Translations under genes and position numbers: made by a program
The notes under the pieces: model-generated
The model's database searches: none
Seen by the model: only the letters and a program-made list of their open reading frames with translations
Told to the model about the DNA's origin: nothing
DNA from: Octopus vulgaris
Lineage: Eukaryota
Assembly (NCBI GenBank): GCA_951406725.2
Contig: OX597819.1
Location: 90,706,001-90,770,000, forward strand
DNA length: 64,000 nucleotides
Direction: 5' to 3'
In this document: positions 37,328-50,419 of the stretch, piece by piece
How the letters are laid out: the number at the start of each line of letters is the position of its first letter
How positions within the stretch are numbered: position 1 is the first letter of the stretch

Positions 37328-37455
37328 TTAATTTAAATTTTTATCATGGCTACCAAATAATTGTCACATATTACATTTACAGATAAATTCCTCTATTTAC
37401 ATAATATTGAGGTCTCTTTCATTCTTTTGTTGTCTTACCATTACCATTTCTATCA

Positions 37456-37507
<52 letters not shown>

Positions 37508-37732
37508 TTGTGTTTTTTCTCCCACCACTGCTTGACAACCATTGTTAGTGTGTTCCTGTAACTTAGTTCAACACAAAAGTCCAACAGGATAAGTACTAGG
37601 CTTAAAAAAAAAGAAAAAATAAGTACTGGGGCAGTGGCTCAAGAACAAAATTTGCTTTGGGGGTGCAAACCCAGGTCCAAATTCTTTTTACAAACAAGGA
37701 TGTTTTTCAGTCTTAATATCAAAACAAACAGT

Positions 37733-37765
<33 letters not shown>

Positions 37766-38281
37766 TATTATTATTATTATAAAGGTTGGCCAAAAAGTTG
37801 TCCAAGATATCATGGAATGTAACCAAATGAAATTCCTTTTTTTAGCACAATCCCCTTTATAATCCCTTTTATGATCACTTTTCAAAATTTTAAAATGAAA
37901 TGAAAATTTTAAAATTTGGTATATTGATGTAATTTTTCACGCTGAATCTGATGTTGTTATTCACTTGTTCTAAAACCATTTTTAGAAAAGTGTTGCAGTG
38001 GTTTAAAGTTTGATAATTTTTACCCAATTAAAAGAGAATGACTCTCCCCAGACACAACAGAATATGCTTCAACACACGAACTCACATAAAGGATCTTGCA
38101 AACCAAATGCCAAAACGAAATACTGTAGTTTAGTTCATATAAACAATACATATTTTGTAGCGAGAACATTAAATGATGAGAAAATAAACTGTAGTTCATG
38201 TAGCGATCGAACTACTGGAAAAGACTGCCAAATCTCATCCCAAAGAATACCCTAATGTTGTAAAATAAAGAAGGACTAGAT

Positions 38282-41200
38282 CAGTGGTTCTCAAACTGGG
38301 GGTCTGTGAAGCAATTTTAAGGGGACCACGAAGGGACGCTAAATTATTGTGAAAACTAAGTGGCATGAGACAGTTAAGTTAAAAAATTCCAAGACTTCCA
38401 ATTTTTGTCGTTGACTTCAAAAATCCATGCTACTCCTACACACTCATTTGCTAATTACATTTGTACAACAAGTGTGATTGGCTGAAGGAAAATATGTGGG
38501 TATAACGGTTGATCGTGCATATGCTGTCACTATTCTACGTTCACATGATTCACCACTCCACTACTGCAATCCACATGTTTGCATGTCTCATTGTCATTAT
38601 CCTCACCGGTGCATGTTCCTGCATAACTTTGCCCTTTGCCAGACAACCATTCTCATCCTGCATGTTGGCTGGGGTTTGTAAATCATGTCTGGTTTTCATG
38701 GCAACGTGTTCTGACGGAACTGTCTTCTCAACGGTTATCAATTCACGGAGGTTTATCTACGAAAAAACAACGTTCACATACACTTTGGTTTTCTTCCTAA
38801 GCTAACAGTGAGAGGTAAGCTTTATTGCTAATTAGTACACCCAAAAGCTGACTACAATAAAGCATATATGCACACCCGTAGTATATGATAAATGCGAAAG
38901 AAGTATACAATGTAGTTATATTAAATTGGTTTTATCTCTTTTTACAATGCTTCTCCCCCTCCCCCACCAAAAAGAAGTAAAAGAAAATGAGATATGACCA
39001 ATCTTATTTGAAATTTGATTTTACTGTGATAAAGTCTGATGGAGAAGAGAAACCATAGTGTGTTTTGTGTTCCAACGTTTTGGCGTCTACTTCATTAAAG
39101 CCCAGCAATTTAAAGAAGCACTTTGAAACGAACTATCCCAGTTCAATAAATAGAGATGTCGACTTCTTCAGACGCGAAGCCGACATCTCTATTGGCAAAA
39201 TCCAGACTTAATAACACAGGGATGTCTTCGCTGGACATTACGGCTAGTTTGAAAGTGTTCTACGAGGTTTCAAGGAAAATAGCTATTGCTGAAAGCCCCA
39301 CAATATCAGCGAAAAGCTGATATTGCCTTGCTGCAAAGATATTATATCGAATGTGTTGGGAAGTTCTGAACTTCGGAAGCTGATGCAAGCCTCTTTCTCA
39401 AACGATACAGTTAGCAGGCGAATACTATTAGCTGTCTGATAACATTTTGTTGCAGGTGGTCTCAAAGATTCACAATTTGCTTTTTAACTTTTTCGCGATC
39501 CAGCTTGATGAAATGATGGATGTTGTCATCTTAGCCTAACTTTGCGTCTCTGTGTGTTGTACATAATAATCGCCTGGAAGACGAATTCTGGTTTTGCGAA
39601 ACCCTAAGTACCAAAACAACTGCAAGTGAAATATTTGATAAAGTGGACAAATCTGTTGAGACCCATGATATTGTAGGGGCAGTTACCTCCCCTGACGGTG
39701 GCTGCTTAATGAGTTAAACAACAGAGGGCATTACGCAACATTAAGGTTCAGAGACTCGGCTCATCCTCTTTTCTCGCCAAGACGTCGGACTGTAAAGACG
39801 TAACCAAATTGTCTCTCTCATGACACGAGGCAATGCACAGGAGAACATCATGGCCTCCACGCATCAAGCCATTTTCATTTATCATCCAGCTTGTGTATAC
39901 AGACATGTACCACATTCTAGGATTTTAGTTGCTTTCTCATGCTAGCACTTCCAACACTTAACCCAGCTGTTCAAGTGCCTACATTCCTACGATGTGAAGA
40001 TCAACCCGGCTAAGTGTGTATTCGGTTCTACCAGCTTGGAATTCTTGAGGCATCTCATTGGTGCCGACGGTATTCGTCTGCTTCCCTTTAAGGTGGAAGC
40101 CATCAAACGCTTGTCTCCTGCTCAGAAATTTTATTGGTTTAATTAATTATTATCGTCGCATCATTCCTAACTGTGCGGAGAAGTCGCTCCTCTTTACCCA
40201 GCTCTTGAAAGATCAACGGGGGAAAAAAAAAGACTCCCAGATAACGCTGTCTATTACAGCCATTCAAGCTTTTGAATCTGTCAAAACTGACCTTACTCAA
40301 GCATCCTTCCTCGTTCATCCTGTTGCGGATGCAAAATCATCACTTACTTTTGATGCGTCATCATCAGCTGTTACCGCAGTTTTAGAGCAATCTGTCAACA
40401 GCTGAAGCCAGCTGTTAGCTTTCTGCTCTCGCCTACTGAAAAATGCTGAATAGAGATACAGTGTGTTTGGTAAAGAACTCTTAGCAATTTACCTGGCGGT
40501 GAAGCATTTCTCTTATCTTCTTGAAGGTAGAGATTTCACTATTATAACCGACCACAAACCGCTAACGCTCGCTCTCTTTGCCAAAATGGACCAGTATTCG
40601 CCCAGGTAAACAAGACATTTGGACTACATATCACAGTTCACTTGTGACGTGTGCCACATCGCTGGCACTGACAAGATCCCTGCCGACGCCTTATCTCGCC
40701 TGCCTATCGGTGCATTGTCGTCTCCTGCTTCGATTGATTTGGTTGCTATGGCTACTGGCCAACCCTCCTTGGACTCTCTGGACGTCTCTTCACCACAGTT
40801 TCCCTGCTGCAAGTTTGACCACCTGCCTCTGCCTTTTTCCGAAGAAACTATTCTCTGCGATGTTTCTACTGGGTCACCACGACCCCTCATTCCTGAATGT
40901 CACCGTTGTACTGTTTTTGAAGTCCTGCACCCACTGTCACACCCTGGCATTGCGGCCACAGTAAAGCTTATCGCGGCCCGCTATTTCTGGCCGAATATGC
41001 GTCGGTCTATTACTGCTTAGTCACGTGCCTGTATTCCATGTCAGCGTTCCAAGGTGCATCGGCACCTGAGAGCACCTCTTGGACACTTCCAGCCACTGGA
41101 CACCAGGTTCCGTCACATACACAGCGACCTGGTTGGTCCTTGGCCGGTCAGTTGTGGATTTTACTTATATATTGACCTGTATATATATGACCTGAAGCCA

Positions 41201-43155
41201 TGCCTCCCGTGGACATTTCCGTGGAAACAGTCACCAGAGCACTCATCCCTGGGTGGATATCTCGCTTTGGAGTACCCTCTAGAATTACTACTGATCATGG
41301 ATGCCAATTTTAAGCTTGTCTGATCCGTGAGCTTTTGAGATTGTTCAGAGTTCAACACACCCACACCACAAGTTAACATCCCGCCGTGAACAGAATGGTG
41401 GAAAGTTTCTACCGACAGCTCAAAGCTGCTATTCGCTCGGCTCTTGACCCTCATCGTTGGTCCGAGTCTCTCCCCATTGTTCTGCTAGGGTGCCGCTCAT
41501 CTGTCAAGGAGGATTTAGGCTACTCCTCCGCTGAGCTCCTGTATGACACTACCTTAGCACTTCTTGGAAAAATGTTGGCACCCATCGACTTACCGAATGC
41601 GGACCCCACATCTTACGTCATGCGACTCAGGTTATTCTTTACTGACCTGCTACCGATGCTTCCTCGTGACCAGTCTATTTCTTCTGCAGTGCCTCAGGAT
41701 ATTTCTACCTGAACTCACGTGTTTGTATGAAATGATGCCTTCAAGGGGCCGCTCACACCTCCCTACACTGGACCCTATTGCGTTCTAAGAAGCATACCGA
41801 AACTGTTCGCTGTGGACATTCACAGAAAAAAAAAAGAGACTGTCTCTATCGACAGAGTGAAAAAAGCCTTTTATGAAACATTTATGCCACTTGCTGACAC
41901 ACCCATCATTCCACAAATACTGCCACCTCCACCCCAACAAGCACCACTTCGACCCACCAAAACACCAACTACACAAACATATTCTTCACCTTACAGGACA
42001 CGTTCTGGCAGATCGGTTCAGTGGCCGAAGAAATTGTCTCAGACTATTTACATTTCTTAACTTTGCATTGCCAGTGACTATTCCAGAGAATAGACTTATG
42101 TTGTTATAGACACCACATTCACATTTTCTCTCTTTCAGTATCATTGTACATATATGCTTTGTTCTATTTGATTGGACACCTTTCTTTGGTGAATGTTTTT
42201 CTTTGTACATACTTGGATTGTATTTTTTTTTTCAATTTCAATTGTTCATACAACAGTTTTGCCATGGTTCGTTCCACTGTGTCCTTCTAGTGCACAGTCT
42301 GCCCACACTACTTTTAATCGACTGCTTCCAGTGGGGGGGGGGGGGGCTCTGTAGGCGCAATTACCTCCCCTGACGGTGGCTGCCTAATGAGTTAAAAAAT
42401 AGAGGGCATTATGCAATATTAAGGTTCGGAGATTCAGCTCATCCTCTTTTCTCAACAAGATGTCAGACTGTAAAGACACAACCAAGCTGTCCCTCTCACG
42501 ACACGCCAGCTAGCAGACAGGAGGCAATGCACAGGAGAACATTATGGCCTCCACGCATCAAACCATTTTCATTTATCATTCAGCTTGTGTATATACATTT
42601 AGCCACATTAAAGGTGTTTAAAGTCACAGCCTTGTTTATATGTTTCTTTATACCGTGTTCCTTGTTTATATATTTCTTTAAACCATGGTCCAGCCTTCTG
42701 AGTAGAGTCACATTAGATAGCTCCACAACCTATTCATCTATAATATCAATTGGGAGCATGTAAATAGCGCGTGCACCGACGGCGGTGCTTGGTTGCTGTT
42801 CCGGTTTTCAGACTTTGGTGAAAGAAAAAACCCTAGCTGCTATTTGGTACACACTGTACAATTCAACAAGCACTAATGGTGAAAACCATGCATGATAAAA
42901 TAAAGAAAAAATGTTCTGAATTACGTTATTATAGCGGTGAACTTCATCAAGGTGAACGCATTCAATTCTCGTCTGTTTGCTGTGTTGTGCAAAGAAAATG
43001 ATTATGAATTCGAAACTCTTCTGTTGCACTCACAAATGAGGTGGTTTTTGAGACGTAAAACAACAAAGAGGGTCTTCCTTCTACGAAAAGAAGTCAATGA
43101 AAAAACTGTAAGGGCACTGGCATGTAAAACTTTTTGAAAAGTTTGAGAACTACTG
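38282..43155 (+). mobile_element. Buster/Charlie-type hAT DNA transposon (ZBED5-like transposase fossil) interrupted by Gypsy
   Basis: TIRs cagtggttctcaaac / gtttgagaactactg; 8-bp TSD gactagat / gactaaat with central TA. Remnants CVLCSNVLA..SLKPSNLKKHF, EKLILPCC, SNDTVSRRI, FAIQLDE, CTDG, VNFIK..FNSRLF..LLLHSQMRW. Confidence 0.9.
39672..42742 (+). mobile_element. Ty3/Gypsy LTR retrotransposon, deleted and degenerate
   Basis: 5' LTR remnant 39672-~39914 and 3' LTR 42350-42742 (both begin tgtagg..ttacctcccctgacggtgg). G-rich PPT 42333-42346, 4-bp TSD ATAT. RT end (INPAKCVFG..LEFL), RNase H (FDASSSAV, KELLAIY, TDHKPL, ADALSR) and integrase (HPGI, YFWPNM, HIHSDLVGP, MVESFYRQLK). Confidence 0.93.
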
Positions 43156-43244
43156 GACTAAATTTTGGTAATCCTAGATGACTTTAAAATTGTTGGGTGT
43201 TCAGCATTTGCAAACTTTAAAATGACTTTCATTTCCATAGTTAG

Positions 43245-43600
43245 TATGCAAAACTGCATCAACACACCAAATTTAAAACCAATTGGAACGAAATTGAAAG
43301 AATTAAAAAGTGAAGGCTAAACACAAAAAATCCTCCACACAACTTTTTTTTTTCATTGGTGTTGCATTGCTTGGATCGCATTGGTAAAGAAGCTATCCTG
43401 TTGGTCAAAAAGTCTTCAACAGCAGATAAGACGTTATCATCACTGCGATAGTGATCCTTAGCCAAGTGTTTTTTTTTATTTTGGCAAACAGACGGGGCCA
43501 AATCACTAAAATAGGGTGGGTGATCCAACCAGTTCAAAGCCGGCAGATAACAACATCATGTTGAATATCACAATAAAGCTATGGAGCATCCTTGAACTAG
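43245..43600 (-). mobile_element. mariner transposase C-terminal fragment
   Basis: GFELV/DHPPYFSDLAPS...YRSDDNVLSAVEDFL, a YSPDLAP-type motif. Confidence 0.7.
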
Positions 43601-44948
43601 TCTGGGCAGCATGTGCATTCCTTTGAATCCTTTGGGAAAGCTGAATGCCGTTCTTGTCACAAACTACTTTTGTGATATGCAAAATTTCGTTGGAACTTCT
43701 AGACATGCTGGAAGAGTTTTATCATTAATCTGTTCATTGGTTTGCACCTCTGCAATCTATGGAGGTCCTGCATTCCCTTGACATGATACAGTACTGAAGA
43801 AATTTGAAATTTTTGCTCATTTTTGCTTCTCGTGGATTTGACATTGTACACTCAGATGAAAATAAAGGGAAAATGTTAACAAGTGCAAGCAGATCAATAA
43901 TTTCATATTTGAAAAGCCCGATTTCTCTTAACTATTTTTGATTAATGTATTAAAATTTACTCATTCAATATCGTTATCAGGCAAAAATTGAATATTTTCT
44001 TATTTAACAACTTTAAAATTCATCACACTTCGAAAAAACTAAAAGCAGTATGATATAATTTTGCATATTTTTGATTTGAATTAAACGAGTAACATAGTAT
44101 GTGTAATAATTTGAAGTATATTTTGTATATCAAAATGTTTGATTTGGGAGATGTACCAAGCGAAGCAAACATAAGCAGTAAAGAAACAAATTGCAAGTAT
44201 TTCAAAATGTGGTACATTACATGGAAAATAACAAAAGTACAATATGAGGGATGAAGAAAAGGGTAGAAAGATGGGATAGAAGGGAATAAAGACAAAATGA
44301 AAAGTGAAAAGATAAGACAAACTGAGGGTCTGAAGCACTAGCGTAGCTAGAGGGGATACGGTAGAGGTGGCACTTTTGGGTCTGCTGTAGACAGTATGTG
44401 TTTTTTGTGAGGACTATGGGCGGCAAATGGAAGGGCCGTCCAGGGCTGCACACACTCTAGCTACACTAGTAAGTCTGAAGTGAATACTAAGCAGGAGCTG
44501 AAAAAAAAACATGTCTTACCTCGGCAATGGTCAAGTAGGAATAGGATGCGTGATAAAAAAGTTGGATGGTTATATGGCACAAAATGGTGAAGGAAGAGAG
44601 ACAAAGAGAGAGAGGAGTAGAGAAGGTTGGGGAAGAGCAAGTAGGAAGTAAGAGGGAGTGTGGGCAAAGAAGAGAATAAGGATAGACAGTAGGTAGTTGA
44701 CAGAGATGGACAGAGAAAAAAAACGGAAAGTAATAAAGTGGGAAAGGCCACGGATAGATTGAGAGGGAGGCAGATAGAAATAGGGAAGGATTTGTAAACC
44801 AGAGAGGAGAGAAGGCGGGAGAGGAGAAGGAGAGAGAAATGGATAGAAAAGAGAGATATTGTTGACCAAATGTTGACCGCTGTGTGAATGCCTCTGAGTA
44901 GGAACAGAAGTGGGTGTGTAACAATAAAATGTTGCACGGAAAGTCAGC

Positions 44949-44993
<45 letters not shown>

Positions 44994-45244
44994 ACAAATA
45001 CTAACAAACAAACAAAGAGTGAGATAGGTAGGTAGATAGATAGAGAATTTGCCTTTAGAAGTTTAAGTATCACAAGCATATTTTAACTAATTTGAAGTGA
45101 AACCCATTGTAACCTTATACACCGGCCATATCCTGTCTTTATCTGTATAATCTACTGCTATATACCTTACAGTGTGCTTCTTTTTCGGATTTATGATTTA
45201 CTGATGATATATATATATATATATATATCATCATCATCATCATC

Positions 45245-45281
<37 letters not shown>

Positions 45282-45552
45282 CATACATATATATATATAT
45301 ACATATATATATATATCATCATCATCATCATTTAACATCCGTTTTCCGCGCTAGCACGGGTTGGACGGTTTCGACCGGGGTCTGGGGAGCTCGGGACTGC
45401 CCCAGGCTCCAGTCTAGTCTGGCAGTGTTTCTACAGCTGGATGCCCTTCCTAACGCCAACCACTCCGCGAGTGTAGTGGGTGTTTTTTACATGCCACCTG
45501 CACAGGTGCCAGACGGGTCTGGCATCGGCCACGTTCGGATGGTGCTTTTTAT

Positions 45553-46024
45553 GGGGGGGGGTGCAGAAATATAGGGGAGCACCAGTGGGAGGGGTGGTTC
45601 AGAGGACAGGTACTAGGCAAGTAGAACGTAGGATATCGAGAGAGGGGTAATGCATGGTGAAATAGCGTATTGAAGAGGGGGCTTCAAAGAGTAGACACCT
45701 ATAATGGTGGTGGGGGGTGCAGAAATATAGGGGAGCACCAGTGGGAGGGGTGGTTCAGAGGACAGGTTCTAGGCAAGTAGAACGTAGGATATCGAGAGAG
45801 GGGTAATGCATGGTGAAATAGCGTATTGAAGAGGGGGATTCAAAGAGTAGACACCTATAATGGTGGTGGGGGGTGCAGAAATATAGGGGAGCACCAGTGG
45901 GAGGGGTGGTTCAGAGGACAGGTTCTAGGCAAGTAGAACGTAGGATATCGAGAGGGGGGTAATGCATGGTGAAATAGCGTATTGAAGAGGGGGGTTCAAA
46001 GTGTAGACACCTATAATGGTGGTG
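45553..46024. repeat. GC/purine-rich tandem repeat, 156-bp unit x3
   Basis: cagaaatataggggagcacc recurs at 45564, 45720 and 45876. Units are nearly identical. Confidence 0.93.
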
Positions 46025-47382
46025 GGAGAAACGACATCCGGTATAGTTGGAGCAAAATAGAGATATCCGGTATTGGTGGTGGGGGTGGGTAGGGCGGGCG
46101 CGCCGCGAAGAATCGGCAGCCAATTTCTATCAGCCCTGTAAGGGAGATAGATCTTAAATATCTATAACGATAACTAGTGAATTATACAGAATATGCAAAA
46201 ACGAGGCGAGGCTGAAATAGTAAACAGAGTGGCGACTAGGGGGATCAGAATAATAATAATTAATAAATAATAATAATAAATAGAAATACGGGATGAATTA
46301 AAGTTCAAGGATTTCTTATCTTGGGATCACTTCGTTTACGGACAGTCTTGGCAAAAGGAATTCGGAATCAAGAATGAGGCAGGTTACTAGCTTAAGTATG
46401 CATAGCCATGGCGAGGAGTAGGAAGAGAGGAGTCCAGACAGACAATGTAAAAAGAGGGGGAGAGAAGGGCGCGAAGAATCGGCAGCCAATTTCTATCATA
46501 TATATATATGTATTATATGCATATGAATTTGACATGGGCGATTCTTTCTTGTCTTGGGACTCACGGTCAAACAGCTGGGTGGAATTGCGCGAAAAATTAC
46601 ACAGATGTATAGACTGATCTGATGGTGATGCTGGGCTTTGTATGTTTTTCATAGCTCCCAAGGTTGCTGAGATAATCTACTATAATAATACTCTTGTGTT
46701 TATGAATGAGAAGGGAAGGGGTGATAGATGAATAAGGAAGGAAGGGTTTGATGTCATACTTTTTTCATAGGTCCAATGCTTACCGAAATAATCTACTATA
46801 ATAATACTCTTGTGTTTATGAATGAGAAAGGAAGGGGTGGTGTCATACTTGGTAGTGGGATTATGAAAATTGTATGCTGAAAAAATAAATCAAGCAGCGT
46901 TTCAACTCTGTGTGAATATATGTGCATGTATGTAAAAGTTGGGTATGCGAATGTGTGTGTGTGTGTGAGTGTGTTTGTGCGCGTGCGCACAATGGAAGTG
47001 GGATGGTTCATGTTTGTTCGCTTAGTATTTGGGTTTATTTTTTTTGATTTGGTTGAATCTTGGTTGGTTTATTTTTTTTGTTGGTCAGTTATTTTTTAGC
47101 GTTTTGACAGAAATAAGTCGTTCTAAAATTGTTTTTTAACATAAGCATGCCCAAACAAGTTGAATGCTTACACAGAGCAGGTTTTACAACCACATCATCC
47201 AAACTGACGGGTGAGACCGGGCTTAGCTGTTAGTATATATATATATATATAAGGTCAATATATAATTTAACTCCTGGTCACCAAAACGAAAAAAAAAAAA
47301 GAGTCTAATATGTATAAAAAATTGTCTTGGAAACGAATATGAAAACAAAAGTTTGCACAAATGAATGGCTAATAGGTGATGA

Positions 47383-47740
47383 GAGGACTTTCGCAAAATT
47401 TTCGGAAAATTCATACGATCTGATTTTCCTCTCATAACTGTCAAGAAAATACATATATATCACTAAAATTTTATAGAAATACCGTTCAAATGGCATAGAT
47501 TACGATTATAAAGAAATTTGTGGGGAAAATGTTTTCCAAAGGGGTGGGGTGAGGACTTTTGCAAAATTCACACTATCCGATTTTTACCTCATAACTTTCA
47601 GGAAAATGGATATCCTTTAATGAAATTTTACAGAAATACCTTTCAAATGGCATAGATTATGATTGTAAAGAAATCTGTGAGGGAAAAAATGCATACATAC
47701 ATACATACATACATACATACATACATACATACATACATAC

Positions 47741-47771
<31 letters not shown>

Positions 47772-47778
47772 CATACAC

Positions 47779-47827
<49 letters not shown>

Positions 47828-48052
47828 CACACACATATATATATACATACACATTCATACATACATACATACATGCATGCATGCATACATACATACATAC
47901 ATATATATATATACATACATATACACATATATATACATATACATACATATACATACATACATGCATACATACATATATACATACATACATACATACATAC
48001 ATACATACATACATACATACATACATACATACATACATACATACATACATCA
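47383..48052. repeat. ~157-bp imperfect tandem duplication followed by a long (TACA)n/(TA)n tract, possibly a Helentron/DINE-like non-autonomous element
   Basis: agaaatacc.ttcaaatggcatagatta.gatt.taaagaaat occurs at ~47475 and ~47632, directly followed by the microsatellite. Family assignment is inference. Confidence 0.55.
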
Positions 48053-48469
48053 TCTTGGTAATTATTTGACGGCAACGATCCAAGAGAGGAGGATATAACT
48101 TGACTGCCTATATGAAGATCTTGTGTAACAGACCTTCTTCATGTTAAGAAGTTATAAATATCTTGCAAGATATTGTTGCAGATATTTTGATTGAATTTCA
48201 GGCTTTTGAGTTGATTCTTTTATGTCTCTCCAAAGTTTTTCAATATTTTGTGTGTGTATGTTTCTATGTGCGCTATCTTCAAAATTGTTAGAGTGAAGTA
48301 TTACACACCCAGCAGAGCATACTAGCCGTGTTCCTCTCTAATCTTTGCATGTCCTCTGCATTCAGAACTCATGTGTCCTAATTGGATATAGATTCCACAG
48401 TGGCTTCATAAATGATGGTCTTGGACATGCAAGCTCCATTTAAATAACCTGTACACCTGCCACCAGTTC

Positions 48470-48700
48470 AATAATAAAGAAGAGGAAACATAGGAATAGG
48501 AAGACTATCTGGTTCACACACCGCTATTCCCTCGAAGTGACCTTCAATATAGGCAGGTATTTCTTGGCACTGATAGATAGACATTTTCCAGTCAACCATA
48601 GTTACAGAAAGCTCTTCAATAGGCATAACTTAAAAATCAGTTTCAGCTCAACTACTAATTTTAAAAATATAATCGCACACAACATACAAAAACCACAATA
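48470..48700 (+). mobile_element. Penelope-like ORF fragment (post-RT linker)
   Basis: RNRKTIWFT/PYSLEVTFNIGRYFLALIDRHFP..HSYRKLFNRHNLKISFS..NFKNII, characteristic of the PLE type seen at 31.2-31.5 kb. Confidence 0.78.
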
Positions 48701-48842
48701 TGAAACCAGCTGTTCAGACCACACAGCCACTCTTACCCCTTTCTACAAGAATGCTGGGTGTCGAGTTTCTAGAGACGATCTGGAGAATTATCATAGCACC
48801 TGCTGAGTCTGAGTAATTTCAATAATTAAATATTATTTAGAT

Positions 48843-49167
48843 CAGGAGTTCTCAACCATTTTTTACCTATGGACCTCTTTGATTATTACTTTATTCTGGT
48901 GGACCTCCATAGCCATTCAATGTTTAAAAACTAGTTTTATAGAAACTTCATTCAAAATTCCTATTTTTCATTCATTAATTTGTGTAGGTTGAACTATATA
49001 AAATGTAAGAGAAAGAAACCCAACTTTTTCTTGCAATAAATACCAATACATTTAAAACAATATCAAAATACTTTTGTGGACCCCCAACTTACTATTTTGT
49101 TGTGGGGAGCCCCAAAAATCTTATATGGAACCTCAGGAGTCATATGGATTCCAGTTGAGAATCACTA
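48843..49167. mobile_element. hAT (Charlie-like) MITE
   Basis: TIRs caggagttctcaac / gttgagaatcacta; flanks atttagat / acttagac resemble a decayed 8-bp TSD. Confidence 0.7.
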
Positions 49168-49232
49168 ACTTAGACGAACTAAAATGCTACCATCAGAACT
49201 CTATATGTATGTAAACTATATATATATGTCTG

Positions 49233-49264
<32 letters not shown>

Positions 49265-50419
49265 TGTATGTATGTATGTATGTATGTACCTATGTATGTA
49301 TATAATTTAATATAATTTGGTCATTCGTAACCAGAAGTAGTTGTAACCAGAAGTGGTTGTAACCAGAAGTAGTTTTAACAAACACATATACATATTTGAA
49401 TCATTTGTTGGCTGCTTTGATTAGAGGCAGTTAACAATAAGCAACCTGACAACAGGCAAAACACATTCTTCCAACTGACAAGCAGAAACCTTGCATGGGC
49501 ATGATGTTACTATGGAACAAATTAGATTAATCTCACAGTAGTTGGTTAAGGATCAAATGTAGGTGATGAAACAAAAATAATTTTTACATACTTTAGGACC
49601 AGTACAGGTCTTGGATCATTCTCTGTGGGTCACGTAGAAAAAATAAATTTTAAGATTTTATTACTATTTCATTGACTATTGCAGTCTCCAGGGTGTTTTG
49701 GTATTATGTATTATATATGTTATGCACTTTATCATGTTTTGTTATGCACATGTTTCCCTAATATGTGGAAAAATTACCTTGCATGAAATCAGTCTTTGGT
49801 GCAAAAAAAGTAGGGGACTGCTACTTTAGGGGATTTGTAGTGCAGCACACAAGTAAATATATTCACTCAATGCATATTCTTTCATGCACCACCTGCACAT
49901 TTCTTGTGTTCATAGCCATTAAATCTTCACTCAATAGATGTATATGAGTTTAACTGCATGTACAAAGCACATGCACATTAGCAAGTGGACAATTGTCATT
50001 ATTATACACTAATGAATATATTAGGGCAAAAGAAAATGATTGTAAACAGTGGAAACTGAGTATAATCATGAATGATGTTATCAAATAATTATTGTTATAA
50101 AAATTCACATAGATCCCAAACTCATTCAGGAAAACGTCTCCTTTGCTTAATGCTATTAACTAGGTATTGTTATCTAAAATGCTTCAATTAAAAAATTAAT
50201 GCAATAAGCAGTTTCCACTGTAATAATAAGATAAGTAAATAATTTCTGGCTAATGGATAAATATAGCAAATAATTGATGAATTAAAAATAGAATAATACA
50301 CGGATCTGTGTACAAACATGTCCAATTATTGCTCTATCTATCATACATCAATTATGTACTCTATTTATCAGGTATTCATCAGATATATTTTGTAGTACAG
50401 TATATCATTGAAAGAAAAC

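Noticed and set aside
44461-45079. Overlapping Leu/Ser/Phe-rich minus-strand ORFs resembling membrane proteins
   Set aside because: They arise from a purine-rich low-complexity tract open in all three frames; no domain motifs.
49327-49375. 16-bp unit x3 (gtaaccagaagt(a/g)gtt) as a regulatory array
   Set aside because: Short local tandem repeat with no linked gene or other support.
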